Of a stretch of DNA of 64,000 nt, positions 62,370 through 64,000 are shown piece after piece (the stretch's first letter is position 1; each line of letters opens with the position of its first letter). The stretch is taken from NCBI GenBank assembly GCA_963693365.1, contig CAVNZM010000012.1:7878001-7942000 (forward strand), read 5' to 3'. The translations under genes and the position numbers were made by a program. The DNA comes from Amoebidium appalachense. Lineage: Eukaryota > Protista > Ichthyosporea. Below the pieces are notes generated by a model. That model did not search any database, was not told the DNA's origin, and was given only the letters and a program-made list of their open reading frames with translations.

Positions 62370-63091
62370 AACGGCACACGTGTGTGTGTGTGTACTTAAG
62401 GCACACGCAAATTTTGTCAAGAATCCCCCCCCCCCCCCCCCCCCCCCCCCCAACCACCATCAAAACACACACATACTACAACCAATATCAACTCTATTCG
62501 GCAGGAGCATATTAGTTCACAACCCGATTCCATAAATTTTTTTTTTTTTTTTTGCTCCTCCTAACTATCCGTCCGTCATGTTACCACAAGATACCACAAG
62601 ATGCCACAAATACCGCAAATACCATAAGTCCCAAATACCACAAGATACCACAAATACCACAAATATTATAATTTTCCCAAATACCACAAAATACCACAAG
62701 ATACCACAAAAACCTCAAATACCAGAAGTTTCCCAAATACCACAAAACACCACAAGATACCACAAATACCACAAATACCGCAAACATCCCAAATACCACA
62801 AGATTCCACAACATACCACAGCATACCACATCACACTACAAGATGCCACAAGATACCACACGATACAGAACACACAACAACACAATGTCTAACTGTGACA
62901 ATAACCTCTATACAGCCATCTTCAGTGGAGGATACCTCCTCTTCCTCACACACAGCATCCGATGCACCGACAAAACAGCAACAGGAGTCAGAGTCTGGCG
63001 AGGAAGCACAGACTTTGACAGAGGCTGAATTGGGGGACTGGTACGAGCAACAGATAGAGAAAGGTGTGTTTTGTTTTGGTTTTTTTTTCGT

Positions 63092-63153
<62 letters not shown>

Positions 63154-63346
63154 TTTTGAGGGGGAAGGGGGGGGGGGGGGGGGGGGGGGGTAATGTTTGA
63201 GCAACAGATAGCAAAAGGTGGGTTTGGTTTGTTTCTTTGTTTCCGTAATGTTTGAACAGATAGAGAAAGGTGTGGTTATCTTTTTTTTTTTTGTTTATGC
63301 GATGTTTGAGCAACAGATATAGAAAGGTGGGATTTTTTATTTTATT

Positions 63347-63388
<42 letters not shown>

Positions 63389-63974
63389 GGGGGGGGGGGG
63401 GGGGCGGAGGGGGGGGGAGGAGGGAGGGAGGGGAGGGTTTGTTGTGGCAACAGATAGTGAAAGCGGGGTTTGTTTTTCTTTCTTTTTTTTTTTGCGTAAT
63501 GTATGAGTAACCGATATGTCTTTTTGCGTTATGTTTGAGTAACAGACAGAGTATGTGGGTGCGTGGGTGTGTGGCGCGTGTGTGCACGCGCGTGCGTTAT
63601 GTTTGCGTGATGTTTGATTTCAGGAGTGTGTGGCGGGAGGGTGAATAGTTTAGCCCTCCACGACATACGACACAGGCGCTGTGGCCTGTGTGTGGGTCAA
63701 AATTGACTCAACAATGCTCATGCAGCGATGCCCACCTCCGTTTTTTCCTTTACGGAAGATCCGCTGCTTGCTCTCTAGATTTGTAAGTCATTGTTTTTTC
63801 ATGCTCGTTTTGTTGGGCTTCCCCCTCCTCTTTTTCTGCCCTTTTTTGAATTAATGAAGTTGAATATGTTGCTGTTTCTCTGCCACAGGGCTTCAAGCAG
63901 AAGGGGATGAGAGAGCGGCAATTGTGGATGCTATTAAGACCAAGATGAGACAGCATGGATTTGTAGATGACAAG
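58969..63974 (+). CDS. Multi-exon uncharacterised protein, 3' end beyond the window
   Basis: Phase-compatible exons ~58969-59020 (or start at ATG ~60303), 60280-60335, 60711-60806, 61888-62121, 62917-63064, 63889-63974: MAQPDTDSDVLFKIRVMKDAEEKESLRRQ...LGDWYEQQIEKGLQAEGDERAAIVDAIKTKMRQHGFVDDK. Confidence 0.7.
62582..62860. repeat. Minisatellite of 9-10-bp units (ACCACAAAT / ACCACAAGAT)
   Basis: Degenerate tandem array seen directly in an intron. Confidence 0.9.
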
Positions 63975-64000
63975 GTAATACAGTACGTGTGTTTGCATAT

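Overview
Eukaryotic nuclear DNA: spliceosomal GT/GC-AG introns packed with 15-100 nt poly-G/poly-C tracts and (CA)n/(GA)n microsatellites. Gene content suggests a unicellular opisthokont such as an ichthyosporean (inference only). Most ORFs in the supplied track are low-complexity artefacts. Host genes assembled by hand from exons: a frameshifted RING-TRAF-MATH gene, a 5-exon Bet v1/SRPBCC protein, an intronless 274-aa unknown, a 7-exon carbamate kinase with an apparent mitochondrial presequence, a 174-aa unknown, a 3-exon PH-like protein, and a multi-exon unknown running off the right edge. The centrepiece is a nested transposon. A young, RT-deleted Ty1/copia element (13224-27876, minus strand, LTRs identical by eye, GGTCG TSD, GGTTATGGGCCCAG PBS) has its 3' LTR split about 8 bp from the terminus by an ~11-kb TIR-less Dada-like DNA transposon. 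That element encodes a spliced ~1540-aa DDE transposase with an inserted DEDDy 3'-5' exonuclease and a compound inverted repeat around its start codon. Also present: a 46-bp pure-palindrome hAT-like MITE, and many short local duplications anchored on G/C tracts.
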